DNA of 64,000 nt from Phoronis australis (Eukaryota > Animalia > Phoronida): assembly GCA_002633005.1 (NCBI GenBank), contig NMRA01000217.1, positions 62,001 to 126,000 on the forward strand. The letters are read 5' to 3'. The position numbers were made by a program, and so were the translations under genes. Under the pieces are notes generated by a model that worked only from the letters and a program-made list of their open reading frames with translations, was not told the origin of the DNA and did no database searches. Below, piece after piece: positions 12,659-25,672 of this stretch (its first letter is position 1; each line of letters starts with the position of its first letter).

Positions 12659-14415
12659 ATCGACGATTGCGAGACCGGCAGCTACGCATTTGTCGGCGAG
12701 ATTTCGCCCTGGGATTTCAGCACAATTTTTTTAAGAAATGATCGTAATTTAACAACGAATTTCGATAGCAATGCATCACAATTTTGTAGAAAGTAAATAA
12801 TAATATTCTGCACGCTTTATCTTAGCACGTTAATGCATATAGTGAGCGTACGTTAAGTGAGTTGACCCAGAACAGGTGATTGTGCAGAGGCATTATCCTC
12901 AAAATTGCTCATTGGCTTGGTTCTGGTCCAGCGAAAACAATTTTTTTTCACTACCATCCGCCGTGGCGTATTTGTTACTGTTTCTTTCAAGGGAAATATT
13001 GTTGGGCAGTTTCCAAAATACGTTTTCTTGCCGCCCTCAAAATCAGCGCTGCATACTTTATGCTACGAAGTCGGAAAGAATTCATTAAAGGCGAATGCAA
13101 CCTTTTTCCATGTCATTTTGAGCTAAAATAAGGTTGGTTGGTTATCCTAGACATATTTTTCACTTAATTACAGCTTTTCGTAATTTTATTAATAACTCGT
13201 CCGCTTTTCCGGAAGTGACGTTTTAGGAGGCAAGCGCTTCCCGCCACGTGGTTTTGCGTTGAGCTTACTGTGCGAATCTGTTCTATTCTACTTTTGTTTT
13301 GTGCTATTTTTCACCAATTGTCGCCACCACTTTCCATCGGCGAGTATTCTGCGGCAAGATAGGTTAGTAGGGAACTCAACTGCGTTGGATTTAGGGATTG
13401 TTTAGTGTGTTGTAAGCTCAAAATGGCTGGAGTCGGTGACCCGTATCANGAAATTATTTAACTAATCACAATTGGTGTTTTTAACACCCCGAATCTTCCG
13501 GAAAATAGCTGTTACACTACGGTCACGCATCCGCTCACCCGGCGACTCAGTGAGTGACATATCGGTCTTACCGAAACAAATCTCGAACGTTTGTAGCAGA
13601 TGAGGCAACAAGTGCTAAACTAAATATTAAAACACGCTCTGCTTGACTGCTTGAGTTAATTTCTTTGGATACAATGCACACCTAGATCATTACATTTACT
13701 CTAGCAAATGCACTCTGATGACAAGCACACGCGCGCTTACTCTCGCACACACGCATACAAACTTCAAAGCAAACGTCACATGACAACATGATTGTGTACA
13801 TGTTCCTCTAGAGATTTTTCTCGTGTTGCGGGCTACAATGTAGCGCAGACTTGGACTTAATCTGCAGTTAATCCAGACTCCATAAGAACTTAAAAATCTT
13901 ACAGACGCTATTTGGAAAACTTGAGGAGGATTTCAGGTAATTTGTTGAGTCGAAGCCGTATTCTTATTCAAGAATTCAAGCCCTATCGACGATTGCGAGA
14001 CCGGCAGCTACGCATTTGTCGGCGAGATTTCGCCCTGGGATTTCAGCACAATTTTCTAAAAAATGATCGTAATTTAACAACGAATTTCGATAGCAATGCA
14101 TCACAATTTTGTAGAAAGTAAACAATAATATTCTGCACGCTTTATCTTAGCGCGTTAATGCATATAGTGTGCGTACGTTAAGTGAGTCGACCCAGAACAG
14201 GTGATTGTGCAGAGGCATTATCCTCAAAATTGCTCATTGGCTTGGTTCTGGTCCTGCGAAAACAAGTTTTTTTTTTCACAACCATCCGCCGTGGCGTATT
14301 TGTTACTGTTTCTTCAAGGGAAATATTGTTGGGCAGTTTCCAAAATACGTTTTCTTGCCGCCCTCAAAATCAGCGCTGCATACTTTATGCTACGAAGTCG
14401 GAAAGAATTCATTAA
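12659..14415. repeat. ~430-bp direct duplication (12659-13088 and 13985-14415) around a Kolobok-like left end
   Basis: near-identical copies both ending cattaa; TTAA|aggcgaatgcaacc at 13089; single N at 13449. Confidence 0.9.
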
Positions 14416-14881
14416 GTCGGCCTTTCTACCGATGTGTCTGACCCATGTTTAACACAGTTTTTGATCCTTGGGAAACAGGTAGTAACTAAATTCTTTATTT
14501 CGCTAACTGGTATTATAGCAGCCAGGCACCCAACACGTATAACCTCTCTGTGGCCGATTCGCCCCCACGCTTGCCGACGTACTTGCTTTCCGGCTTAACC
14601 ACAATGCAACATTCCGACCCATTTCCAATATGGCTGCGTTACAACTCCGCTATTTGATAGATTATTGTCCTGGGTTTATGCAATTAAACAATTTGGTCAT
14701 CTACTAGATCTACCCTGGGTATCAGACACAACTAGAATTTGTAATGTGTGTAATAAATTACAAATTATTTATGTTCATGATGTAATGACAGATTACATTA
14801 AATTCATCAGTACAAATACCAAGTTCCCCTTCCGTAGGAAAGTTGCGAGCAGAATCATAATTTTTAATAATTTCCGACTTT

Positions 14882-15372
14882 ATTTGCATAAATTATGCAA
14901 ATTTATCATGCAACTTGCAAAATGATTTCATTTACGTAATTGACCATAGGAACATAGGTTCAAATTTCACGATAGGTTACCAGTGGTGGTTGGTACCGTA
15001 GCTTCAAGCACAAACAGAATTTTGAATACTGGCTGCCTAAATTTGCATTAAATATGCAAATTTAAGATGCAAAGACATGCAAACTGATTTCACTAAACTA
15101 ATTTACCATAAGAATATAGGTGCAATTATCATGATAGCTCATCTATGGTGCTTGGTACGGTAGCATAAACACAAGAAGAATTTTTTACAATACTAACTTT
15201 AATTAGCATAAATTATGCAAACTGACGAAGTATCCACCAAAAAATGTCACTATTAAATTCGTTAACCATGGAAACATGGATGAAAACGTCAAAATAATAT
15301 GCCTGCAGTGCTTGGTAAGGAAATTTTAAGTAAAAATAGAATTTTGCATAATGGCGACCTTAATTTGCATAT
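14882..15372. repeat. Diverged ~160-bp tandem units with ATTTGCAT/ATGCAAAT palindromes
   Basis: units start near 14882, 15041 and 15201. Confidence 0.65.
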
Positions 15373-16933
15373 TTAAAAAATGCTCAAGGGTTGCGACCGG
15401 TCACCCCCTAAATCATGGTTATTTAACCCTAGGCTACATGAAACAGCAAAGAAAAAAAATATCCGGCAAATCCACGTTCAGCCCCCCTGGCTCCCGGATT
15501 ATTAGGTTCACACCGAGAGTTAAGCATAATTACAGTTATTGAAATGGCGCAACTTGAGATACAAATGTTTCTGAAATGAATGAGGTCATTTACCGGCAAT
15601 GAATTCATTCAAATCCGTCCATTTCAAAATTAGACTACCGTATTTTTTCAATAGATAACTGATCAGCGACAATACGCCATTTGAAGGGTACTTATATGGT
15701 AGGTAATCCCCAAGAAACTGAACAACAGCTCTACATTGAACCGTTTTACAGGGTACCTGCCACACATTCATTTTTCCAAGTGTTTGACGGTCGGGGTGGC
15801 TTAGAACACGCTAACGGAACACAGGCATGACAGGGGCTCGCTGGTGCTTATAAGAAACCCGGGTGCATTTCTTCTCGTTTTGAAGAAGGCAGCTGCAATT
15901 TGCAATAACCATTTAACGACTGAAGCTCGACCGAACGCATGCGAACGTCAAGGTTCGTAAGTCGCTGATTGACAATGAAGTCATTATAATCCTTAGTCAA
16001 AAGAAGACCGTAATAGCTGGACCACTTTCCGACGGGAGAAATATGTTAATGAGAAACGGACCCGGTGCTCAGATTAGATTTCCATTGTAATTTGTGCTCT
16101 ACGTAATGTCATGATAAGATGAAATTTACATCTGCTCTTCTCTTTTCTTATGCTACTTCCTTTTAACAACGTAGTTATCAGTCATTCTTTCAAATTTTCC
16201 TATATTACACCGTAGTTCGTTTACAAGTTTGTTATTACCAAACTTTTGTCAACTACGACGGCTACAATTATATTGCTGAAGTGTTCTTTGTGCGAAACAC
16301 ATTTCACCTTAAGTGCGCGGCTGAAAGCATGTACCTGGTGTACATACCAGTGCGAAATGTAATCTAGAAATCATTACGTCCATAAGTAATTGTACAGTCA
16401 TGTAATTATGCTGAAACATTTATTTTAGGAAATCGTTCATTAATATAAATTCAGTTAGACACTTGAAGGTCAGCTCTCACGAAACGATTTTTCATCGGCG
16501 ACAATGTCTGCGATGGAAAAACGTACTCGCGTGCGCTGGTTCACGACACGAAATCATTTTGTGTGCACTGGTTCATGAATGACACTCTGTCGTTGAGGCC
16601 TCCCAAAACATGTCGTATGTGCTCTGGTCTGTGGACAGGCAAATCGATTCAGAAGAGTGCTGTTGGACTGGTGGTGTATTTCACAGAAACCTCGGGATCG
16701 GATTTTGCCAGGGGCACTTGTTGATCAAACCAGACTCGATCGATGCACATACACCTGTTGTGTGGCCCAGTGCCCAGAGCTAACATGTTGACGTTCCTCG
16801 ATCAATATAGCAACCAGTCAAAACAAGCAATTCATTAAGTAAAGCTTTGTAGTTTACGTAACAAGAGAATGAAAGTCCCCGCGGAGTAGAACTATACGTC
16901 AGGTGGAACAGTTCGCAGTTTATTGGTCTGCAG

Positions 16934-17357
16934 TGCTAGGTTGCATGAAACAGCCCCAAATAGGGACTCAACTAAGGCCCCTAAATCTCTTTCGTATTTG
17001 TTTCGTTCTTTAGGCACAGGTGTAATATTTTTTCACTAATTTAATCTTTATTATGAGCTCTTCTTTGACTAATGACATTTTCTAATAATATAACAAAAAA
17101 CTGAGCCCTCAATTCAATCATAACAGTTAGGGACTTACTCCTTAAGTTGGGTGCGTTGCATGAAAAGATCCCTACTTATTTTCAATAATATTCAGAATTC
17201 AATCTAGATTTCACTCTCGAATTGTATCCAAGTCAAAATTGGTATAGAAATGATACTCCAACTGCATGAGATAGTGTTTTCACAAGCCCGCAAATACGCA
17301 GTAGATTTAGGGACCTTAGTTGAGTCCCTATTTGGGACTGTTTCATGCAACCGGGCA
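16934..17357. mobile_element. Harbinger-like MITE family B, copy 1
   Basis: ~50-bp TIR ggttgcatgaaacag(c/t)cccaaatagggactcaactaagg. Confidence 0.75.
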
Positions 17358-18352
17358 CTGATCCCCACATGGGGACAGTCTATTGCGCAAAAGTCAGCCA
17401 GAATAGGTACTCAAAGATTGATTGCTCTTGCTAGACTATTTAGGGCGTGTAAATGTCATATCATGTTTAGCTTATGACGAATGCATCTTGGTTCCCACGG
17501 GGCAGTAACTATATAATGATAACTCAATCCCTGTTGACTCAGATTCCTCGCCCTCATCATGACGATGTCTTCGGGCGATGAAAAATTCAGTGAATCAAAA
17601 TGTCGTCCTGCCCCTGCGAGATGTTAAGAGTGTAGTTTGATGCGTTCTTCAAGATTGAACTGTACGCTGTAACTACCTCATTACGCCCATGCTGGATTTT
17701 TGATTTTCAAACACCGCCAGCTTTGAATTAAATTTATTTTCGCATAATTGTTCCTCGCACGACTGTGTCCGTAACGTGATGAAATATCAATTATCAACGA
17801 ACAAATGAATGCCTTTAACATATTTTGTTGAAGACCATGAAACAGACGGGGTAAAACGTCATCGTGTTTTCATCGGCCGATCAGAATTCCGAATTCACTC
17901 CTCCACATATTCCTTAGAGAGCTTACGAACTACTTGTATTCATGTGATGCTACTGGCGAAGACGAAATGAATACAACGGCGTGGACTTAATGACGCGGTT
18001 AATGCAGTGACCGACGCACAAAGCCAGCCCTCGGAGTTAACGTGTATCTCTTTTAAGAAGTTGTCCGTACAAGCCCTCATTACTAATTTAATGTCACTGC
18101 GGGTGAAGTGTGCTTACAGAAAATTTGAGCCTTAATTTATGGCACGATTTATCGCCGTTCTTTTGTCTCCAACAAAAGCACAGCGGCTGTTGAGGAGGAG
18201 AAAGGCTGCCGTTCGTAATTCACTTTGATACCTGACAGCGTTCAGAACGTCTCAAGAATACAGAATGCAACTTAATATTCTGTACTAATGGCGATGTAAC
18301 TACATCATTGATCATCGGTTCTCTTTTTTTTGTATTTGGTTGCCAATAAAAT

Positions 18353-18359
18353 GTGTGTG

Positions 18360-18390
<31 letters not shown>
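18353..18390. repeat. (TG)n(CGTG)n microsatellite
   Basis: seen directly. Confidence 0.95.
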
Positions 18391-18751
18391 CTGTAAACTA
18401 CTCTATATCAAGAATATCCTCATTGTTTGAATGGCACAGGAAATTTATAATATTTTATCGTTGAATGACCATTGAATGACAGTGAAAGCGTGACACAAGG
18501 TGAACCATCAGTATTCAGAGCTTATCATGCACCAACAAAACCCAAAACACGTATATAGAAATATAATGCCAATCTATAAAGAGAACAATTTTGTGAAAGG
18601 CACTTGAGAGTGATATGATAAGAGATAATTAAGCGTCTGTGTAACTGACACTGAGCGAACGTCATTCAAAACAGACCTGAATGATATCTGTTATGACCGT
18701 TTTGTTCCCTTTTGTGCTACTAAGACGACAGGGACACAAATCTTCCACTCG

Positions 18752-19120
18752 AATCTCGCTCAGTGCATTTACCCACAATGCCGTAAAGATCCGCCAGGCC
18801 CATTTGCCACCTCGTTTTTGTGCCACTGGAGTTTCACATGTTATTTGTTGTTGTCCGATTCTTTAAGTTTTTCTAGGTTGCATTACTCTGTTCGTCCTTC
18901 CAATGACAACATTTTTTTCTGTTGTGCTGTGGGCATTAACTCCGACGTGAAAAAGTTTGATAAACTGGACAAATGCCCGTGGATGCGTGATCTGAAATTC
19001 TTCGCCTTTCCCCACATCAATGAGACACGAAAATATGCCCGATTTCCAAAACGAGGTCACGCGCTTTCTTAACTCGGGGACAATTAAGAGTTCTATGGCC
19101 GTGTAATCCGAGACGGCCCT
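18752..19120 (+). mobile_element. THAP-remnant element (ISL2EU/Harbinger-like), retains right TIR
   Basis: CCAVGINSD...PWMRDLKFFAFP; ends gtgtaatccgagacggccct. Confidence 0.55.
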
Positions 19121-20731
19121 ACTGTCGAGAATATTGGTACAATGCGAGCTAAACTGACCGAAAACTCTCCACAACGAAATCTGTACTCCGACAGAATGTT
19201 TTTCGTGCAGTTGAACCTTCATAAATGCGCGCGCATCATACTTCCTTAGCCAACAATTTCGTGTTACCTTATGCACATGTAGGCATTGTACACGTAAAAT
19301 TTCGTTGGCAAAAAGCCATGATATCTGTCTGAAGGAAACTCGTGTTCACAAGATCTAGTTACGGTTTTGGGCTAAAACGTTTCGCCAGCTTGAAGCCATT
19401 TTGCAGCAAATCCGCAAAACGATCTCTGCGGATTGGGAGAACGTAGCCGGCTTCTTCCATTATCGAAGTGGATTTCGGTTACGAAATAATGTATGCATGA
19501 CACGTTAACAACACAGGTTTCTATTCCGAATTTAATTATCAAGCTGGCACCTCAGGCAATACAGGACATGATAACATCGTTTGCCAGTCAATATTATTGT
19601 CATTAAATGGTGTTATCACTCAGCATTGGAGTAATTTAATAGTAAATCCAATAGGTGAGCGTGAAGTGTCAGACTTTCTCGATCTAATTGTGCAACTCAG
19701 ATAGGCCCTACGTTATGCTCCAAAATAAAACGTTCATTTGTGTCGATATCTTGAAGCGTGATATTATATATAATTTTTATTTTGTGAAAAAATCCTGTAA
19801 TAAATTTCCGTCTATTTTTATCAGCAAACGAGGCAAACCAGAAATACCGTGAGTAAGTAATGGAATGCAAGTCTTGATCCACTCAGGCAGAAAAATGGAA
19901 GGGGTGAATTGAATCATTTCAACCGGATTTGATAAAAATACTCTAGATGTTTGGAGACTTCCCGTCCCATTCAAAGGGAAGATGGACACCGAACGCAGTT
20001 GCCATCTAGCCTTGGAAGGGGACAGGAGGTTCCCGAAGATTTAGGACCGGACGCAGTTGTCACCTTCCCTGTGATCAAGGAAGTCCAGTTGAAACGACTC
20101 AACTCAATTTTCTATCAGTCAGGCAATGACACCTAATCAGCAGTTACGCAATTAGCTAGGCAGTATAAACGATTATGTATAACCACGTCAATTAATGCGT
20201 ATACGACGACATTGTACCATGTTCGAATGGAACACTGAAACTTTTTCAAACAGAAATCGATAATTGTGAAAGCTAGTTGAACACTAATTTAATAATAATT
20301 TAGCATATCCATCCTGTGCGTGTGTTACCCCGGGGAAATGAATAAAAACTAAGCTAACTCCGTTACGTCGCCGAGATGGCTGATCGGATTCAAATGAAAC
20401 TGAATTGAATGTTTTCAAGGGAAGAACTATAGCTGTTCAGGTGATTTCTTCGAGTTTGAATCAAATAGCATTGACTATCGCGAAGAAACGATGTTCATCA
20501 TAATACTTAACATAAATACTGAGGAATCGTAACTGGAGCGAGGGAAAATCTAACGGTATGAAATCACGATAGACGGATGCAACTTGGAAGAATGCGCCGC
20601 AGGCAGCACGTGGCAATACGTAACAGAGATTAAAGATAGAGATGTCGGATTAAATAGCAATTGACAGAATTATGTTAGGGTTCAAGGCTCGTACAATGAA
20701 GTTACCAGGGGGAACTACTTGTTGAAGGAAT

Positions 20732-21040
20732 AGGGCCGTCCTGGATTACACAGCGAAACTAAATCTCGCTCTATAAACCCACAATGCCGTAAGCATCAGT
20801 CAGGTAAATGTGCGGCCTAGTTTTCGACCACTGAAGATTCACATGTTATTTAGAGTTGTCTGATTCGTTAGAAGTTTTTCTCGTTGGCATTACTCTATTC
20901 GTTCTTCCTATGTTAATGAAGTGTCAATAATGTGCTGTGGGCTGCAACTCCGACGTGAGAAAGTTCGATAAACTGGACAAATACCCGTCCATGCGTGGTC
21001 TGAAATTCTTTGCCTTCCCGACATCAAAAGAGAAACTAAC
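20732..21040 (+). mobile_element. Second THAP-remnant copy, retains left TIR
   Basis: at|agggccgtcctggattacac; CAVGCNSDVRKFDKLDKYPSMRGLKFFAFP; homologous to 18752-19030. Confidence 0.55.
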
Positions 21041-21232
21041 AAGTGTGTAATTTACAAAACTATATCACGCACTTTCTTATCTCCAGTGCAAAGGAGACCC
21101 GACTAGAAAATGAGGATATAAAAAAAAATCTTAGTGATTTGATGAGATGTACCAAGAGATTCTCAATCAAATAGATGTTATCGGCGAGAAAAGAGATTTT
21201 TCTGAAATCAGCCTCGGCATGGAATCGAACCT

Positions 21233-21671
21233 GTGCCGGGTTATATGAAACAGTCCCCAACAGGAACTCAACTAAGTTCCCCAAATCGTTTGCCTATTCG
21301 TGTCTTTCTTTACTCACACATGTAATCTTTTTCTGTCACTTTATCACTATCATGAGCTCCTCTTTGACTAATAAAATTTTCTAAAACATAACTAAAAACT
21401 GAGCTCTGAATTCAGTGAAAATAAATAGGGACTTAGTCCTTAAGTTAGGGGAGTTGCATGAAAAGATCCCTTTTATTTACGATAATATTGAGAATTCAAC
21501 GTCAAGTTCACTCTCGATTTGTATTAAAACCAAAAATTGACTTAGTAATGAAACTAAAACATCATAAGAGAAAGGACAATCGGTTTTTCTTTTCGTAAGT
21601 CCACAAATACCCAGTAGATTTTAGAGAACTTAGTTGAGTTCCTATTTGGGACTGTTTCATGCATCCGGGTA
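21233..21671. mobile_element. MITE family B, copy 2
   Basis: colinear homology with 16934-17357 and same TIRs. Confidence 0.75.
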
Positions 21672-22405
21672 TTGGAACCCTGGCGGATGCAGCCACTCTG
21701 CTAGCGGTGGTCAAGTCCACATGATAAATGGCATATGCATCTCGGAGGTGACGTCACCGCCTTGATTTCGGCGAATGGAGTCTGGATTCGTAATCGCAAT
21801 AAAATCACAAAACCGCGACTGAATGTTTTGTGTTACAGATCTGGTCAAAGCTAATAACTTCGCCGGAAAGTCTCTTAACATTCCAGTTTTATAACCTCGG
21901 TTATGGTATCTTACAGTGGTGTGAACAAAATTCGCCCTTTAAATTTCATCTAAGTTCAAATAAAAACTTCAAACACAGGAGCGTCTTCACTGCTGTACAA
22001 ATATATTGCGTTATACAAACTATAGCCAACACGTAACTGTACTGATCGAATTCAGAAGACCCTCACGAAGAAAGTTAAAGAGATCACGCCCTTCGCTTAC
22101 AACGCATGACGATTCCTCGCGACTTAGTGGGTGATCCTGCGTTTTCAACAGTTTCTTGCGTCTACCGCCAACTAAGCCCGGGGTTCCAAATCAGTCTCGC
22201 GGCAGGAAAATCTAGCTAAAATAAAGTGCTCTAATTAAAAACATACGGCAATATCTCGCGAGATCTCGTTTTTCTAGCAAAGTACTAGCGTTACTGAACT
22301 CGACCCAGGACACAAACTACGATGGTTCCGTTACGCAAACCGGCTAGGCAGCTGATTGGTTCTCCATGACGATTTCCGGCTTCTAAACCAAACGCATGTA
22401 TCCGA

Positions 22406-22953
22406 CCTCCCTGGTTCCCTGCGTACTTAGCCGCGGCCAGCACGCAGGTATCACGCAGTGGCACACGCTTTAGCATTGGTCGATGTAACCTCGGCAGTCA
22501 TTGGTTAGCTTTACAACACCGTGAAAAAATGGCTGACTGTGAACGATTTTTGGCTTTGTCATGCAAGTGGCGTCAATCGTTTCTGCAGTGATGTTTAATA
22601 GGCGCGTGCTTGAAGCACATACATGTACAATAAACACATATCTGGCCGATTTAACCGGTGTGTTATTAATGCTGTAAACAAAAGTCATCAACAGAAGAAA
22701 GATGCCTTCCAAAAAGGCGCAATCACAATTTCTTGGCTTCCCATTTCCGGAAAATAAATTTTAAGCACCGATTTGTCTGTACAACAGACCACATTTACAC
22801 TTTATCAGTCATGCCAGTTTGTTTGCGTAAAGCGCTACCTGTTGATAATTCGACCAGCCAATCAGAAACGCCGGTGTAAAAAATTTCCCGAGGAAAATTA
22901 AGTGATACCTGCGTGCTGGCTACCACCTAGCGGCACGCAGGGAACCAGCGAGG
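22406..22953. mobile_element. MITE family A with hairpin-containing TIRs
   Basis: TIR ctcgctggttccctgcgtgc...gcacgcaggtatcac; inverted copy at 30592-31175; partial copy at 12110-12390. Confidence 0.75.
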
Positions 22954-23513
22954 CTAGGCCTGTAGGGAACCAACGAGCTTCAAGAACACTTGAGACTAAT
23001 TTTGGTATCCATAACAGTACAAGGCGTCAAACAAAACAACAATTCGATTCACTATACTTTCCCGTCACATTCCTGTCCATCAGTCGTGACAGTTTGTTTG
23101 CGTAAAGCGCTACCTGTTGAGAATTCGACCAGCCAATCAGAAACGCCGGTGTAAAAAATTTCCCGAGGAAAATTAAGTGATACCTGCGTGCTGGCTACCA
23201 CCTAGCGGCACGCAGGGAACCAGCGAGGCTAGGCCTGTAGGGAACCAACGAGCTACAAGAACACTTGAGACTAATTTTGGTATCCACAACAGTACAAGGC
23301 GTCAAACAAAACAACAATTCGATTCACTATACTTTCCCGTCACATTCCTGTCCATCAGTCGTTACAGTTTGTTTGCGTAAAGCACTCCCTGTTGAGAATT
23401 CGACCAGCCAATCAGAAACGCCGGTGTAAAAAAATTCCCTCGGAAAATTAAGTGATACCTGCGTGCTGGCGCGGCTACCGCCCCACCTAGGGGCACGCAG
23501 GGAACCAGCGAGG
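22804..23513. repeat. 275-bp tandem repeat, ~2.6 copies
   Basis: units start at 22804, 23079 and 23354. Confidence 0.92.
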
Positions 23514-25542
23514 TCTTGGACATACAGGGAACCAGCGAGTCACATGTGTCTTAGTCCGTTGACCTGGCAGAACCGGCGAAGTCAATCAAGTGCAGCCAAT
23601 TACGTATTATTTGAAACACAATAGCAATACCTATTAACGCAGCTGTTCAACTACAACTGTTGTCCGCACCACTACACTAAGGGGCATCCAGTCGATTGTT
23701 GATCCTGTGTTTACAAACAATGGAATTAATCAGGCACCTGTCGCGATTATTGAACGAGAGGATCAGTCAATGATCGTTACTTGAGCAACGAAGACCATGT
23801 CCCTCTAACAGGGAAGGCTATCAATCATTTATCATGTATTACGTAGACAGAATACCTAGCAGGTGTTTAAAACGAAATTCACAGAAAAATAATTGTTACG
23901 CATGTCCAGTTTCATTTAAAGAAAATACGTATTGCAAAATCAACTTGCCCTAGACCCATTGGGCGGTTTCGCTTTCGAAGTTTTAACTTCGACCTAAAAA
24001 ACTTCGCCAGAAGAAAGCCACGTCATGGTTGAAAAAGTACTGGGACTAATATAATTTACAGAAACGGCCTGGGATTTCTAATGCTGGTTTTAAGCAAGCA
24101 TGTTATTACTTGTAGGTAACATTCCGTGCTGCAGGTTTTTCGGTTTGCTGGTTTGCCAGGTCACGAACGAGTTTAAAGTAAGTCGCCAACTTTCGTGAAT
24201 CATAATTCAAAAATAACATATTCACATTATTGTTATATTTTTCATTCCTATAATGGATTGTTTACGCGCTAGACAGGCAGGTTGCTTGGGACTTCAAATG
24301 ATAACAGTTCTATACCAAAATTTTATAGGTTATTTTTATGGGTTTTTTTCGGCGATATTAGCACTTATGGGCAGAAAATTTTCTTCAGTGAGTGTATACT
24401 AGCGGGTCAGGTTTCTCAAATATTGCTTTTCATTCAAACAGATCTACGGCGAATATTTTTAAAAAGGGCATTGTCGGTGAACAAAAAAATCTGAGACATG
24501 GTTTCCTGTGTATTGACAATAAAAACATCAATTAGTTTTATGGAAAACCATGCCCAAAAATGACAATTTTCACTAAAATGATGGTCACGTGACAATACGC
24601 AGTTGACGTAGTAAGCACGAACAACAATTTTTCAGTCATCGAGGTCATGGCAAAAGGACAGTTAAAATGATATCTGAAAGTTAACGTCTTCAGAAACAAC
24701 CTGTTTATGAGTATGAGATAAATCGAGTTCGCAACTTAAATCAAATTCACAACCGAGCATTTCATAATTAACAAAATCTAAGCTCATGCGTTTTGTTCAA
24801 TTCAATTCCATGGACTGCTGTGTTAACCCTGTGATGACACGACTTTCACCTTCATTTTATCATACATACGAAACCCTTTGGTGTGTTATGTGACAACGTG
24901 ACCTCGGGAATAACGTTTTATGAAGCGTGACACCTTACGCGACAATGTGCAACACGGACACTTTTTGCTGGCTTTCTAAACGACCAATGATACTGGATCC
25001 ATCTTTCATGCTTAATGAAGGCCTTTCAAAACTGTCAGTCCCTCTGGCATCACTTGATATCACACGTTTCACAGAACAGAAGCTAGAGACGAGAATGTTG
25101 GTGTGAATGCAGTTTGAAAGGACGGCATTGTTGAACAGTGAAAAGTCTGACTGATAAAAGGAACAGTGACAATTTGTAGACGACGAATATTCTTTCACTT
25201 GAGATGATTATCACACATTCGTGGAGCGCTTATGTCCTTGCTTGTCAAACCCATAACTTGCTCACCAAGGATTTAAGTATTAAAATTTAATGTTACCAAA
25301 GAAGCCATTATCGTTATTACCAAACTATTTCTGTTGATGTATCACGCTGAGAAGTTTTTTTTGTGACCGAGCATTTGGTCCATTGATTAGTATTAAGTTT
25401 TGAAATGGCTAAGGCTGCTGAGGATTAGTTGAAGTAAGTTGACTGACTGACATGAGGTTCTTTTGGAGTCTAATCTCGGGAAGCAAGCAATAACTAAATA
25501 ACGCGATATTTACTTGATATCTCTTTAAACTCAGCCACATAC

Positions 25543-25672
25543 CTTTTTCCAGTGAGCGGAAGATGTCGGATTTTTTCTCGAACCACGGAAGAAGCGGCTG
25601 CACGTGTGAGTCTTGCCTTTGACTGGGGTCAAGCGAAATAACATTTATCACCTTCTCATAAATGAGAGCCAT
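25543..25672 (-). CDS. CNBD1/2-like cyclic-nucleotide-binding protein, coding exon 1 (MALIYEKV...FRSLEK)
   Basis: ATG at 25672; pyrimidine-rich acceptor ttgtttcttccccAG ending at 25726; donor G|GTATGT at 25542; phase 1 matches next exon; 'LLPWFEKKSDIFRSL' resembles the helix preceding a CNB domain. Confidence 0.8.

Noticed and set aside
22902-23380. Repeated 67-aa ORFs (MIPACWLPP...)
   Set aside because: Spurious GTG-start translations of a tandem repeat and MITE end
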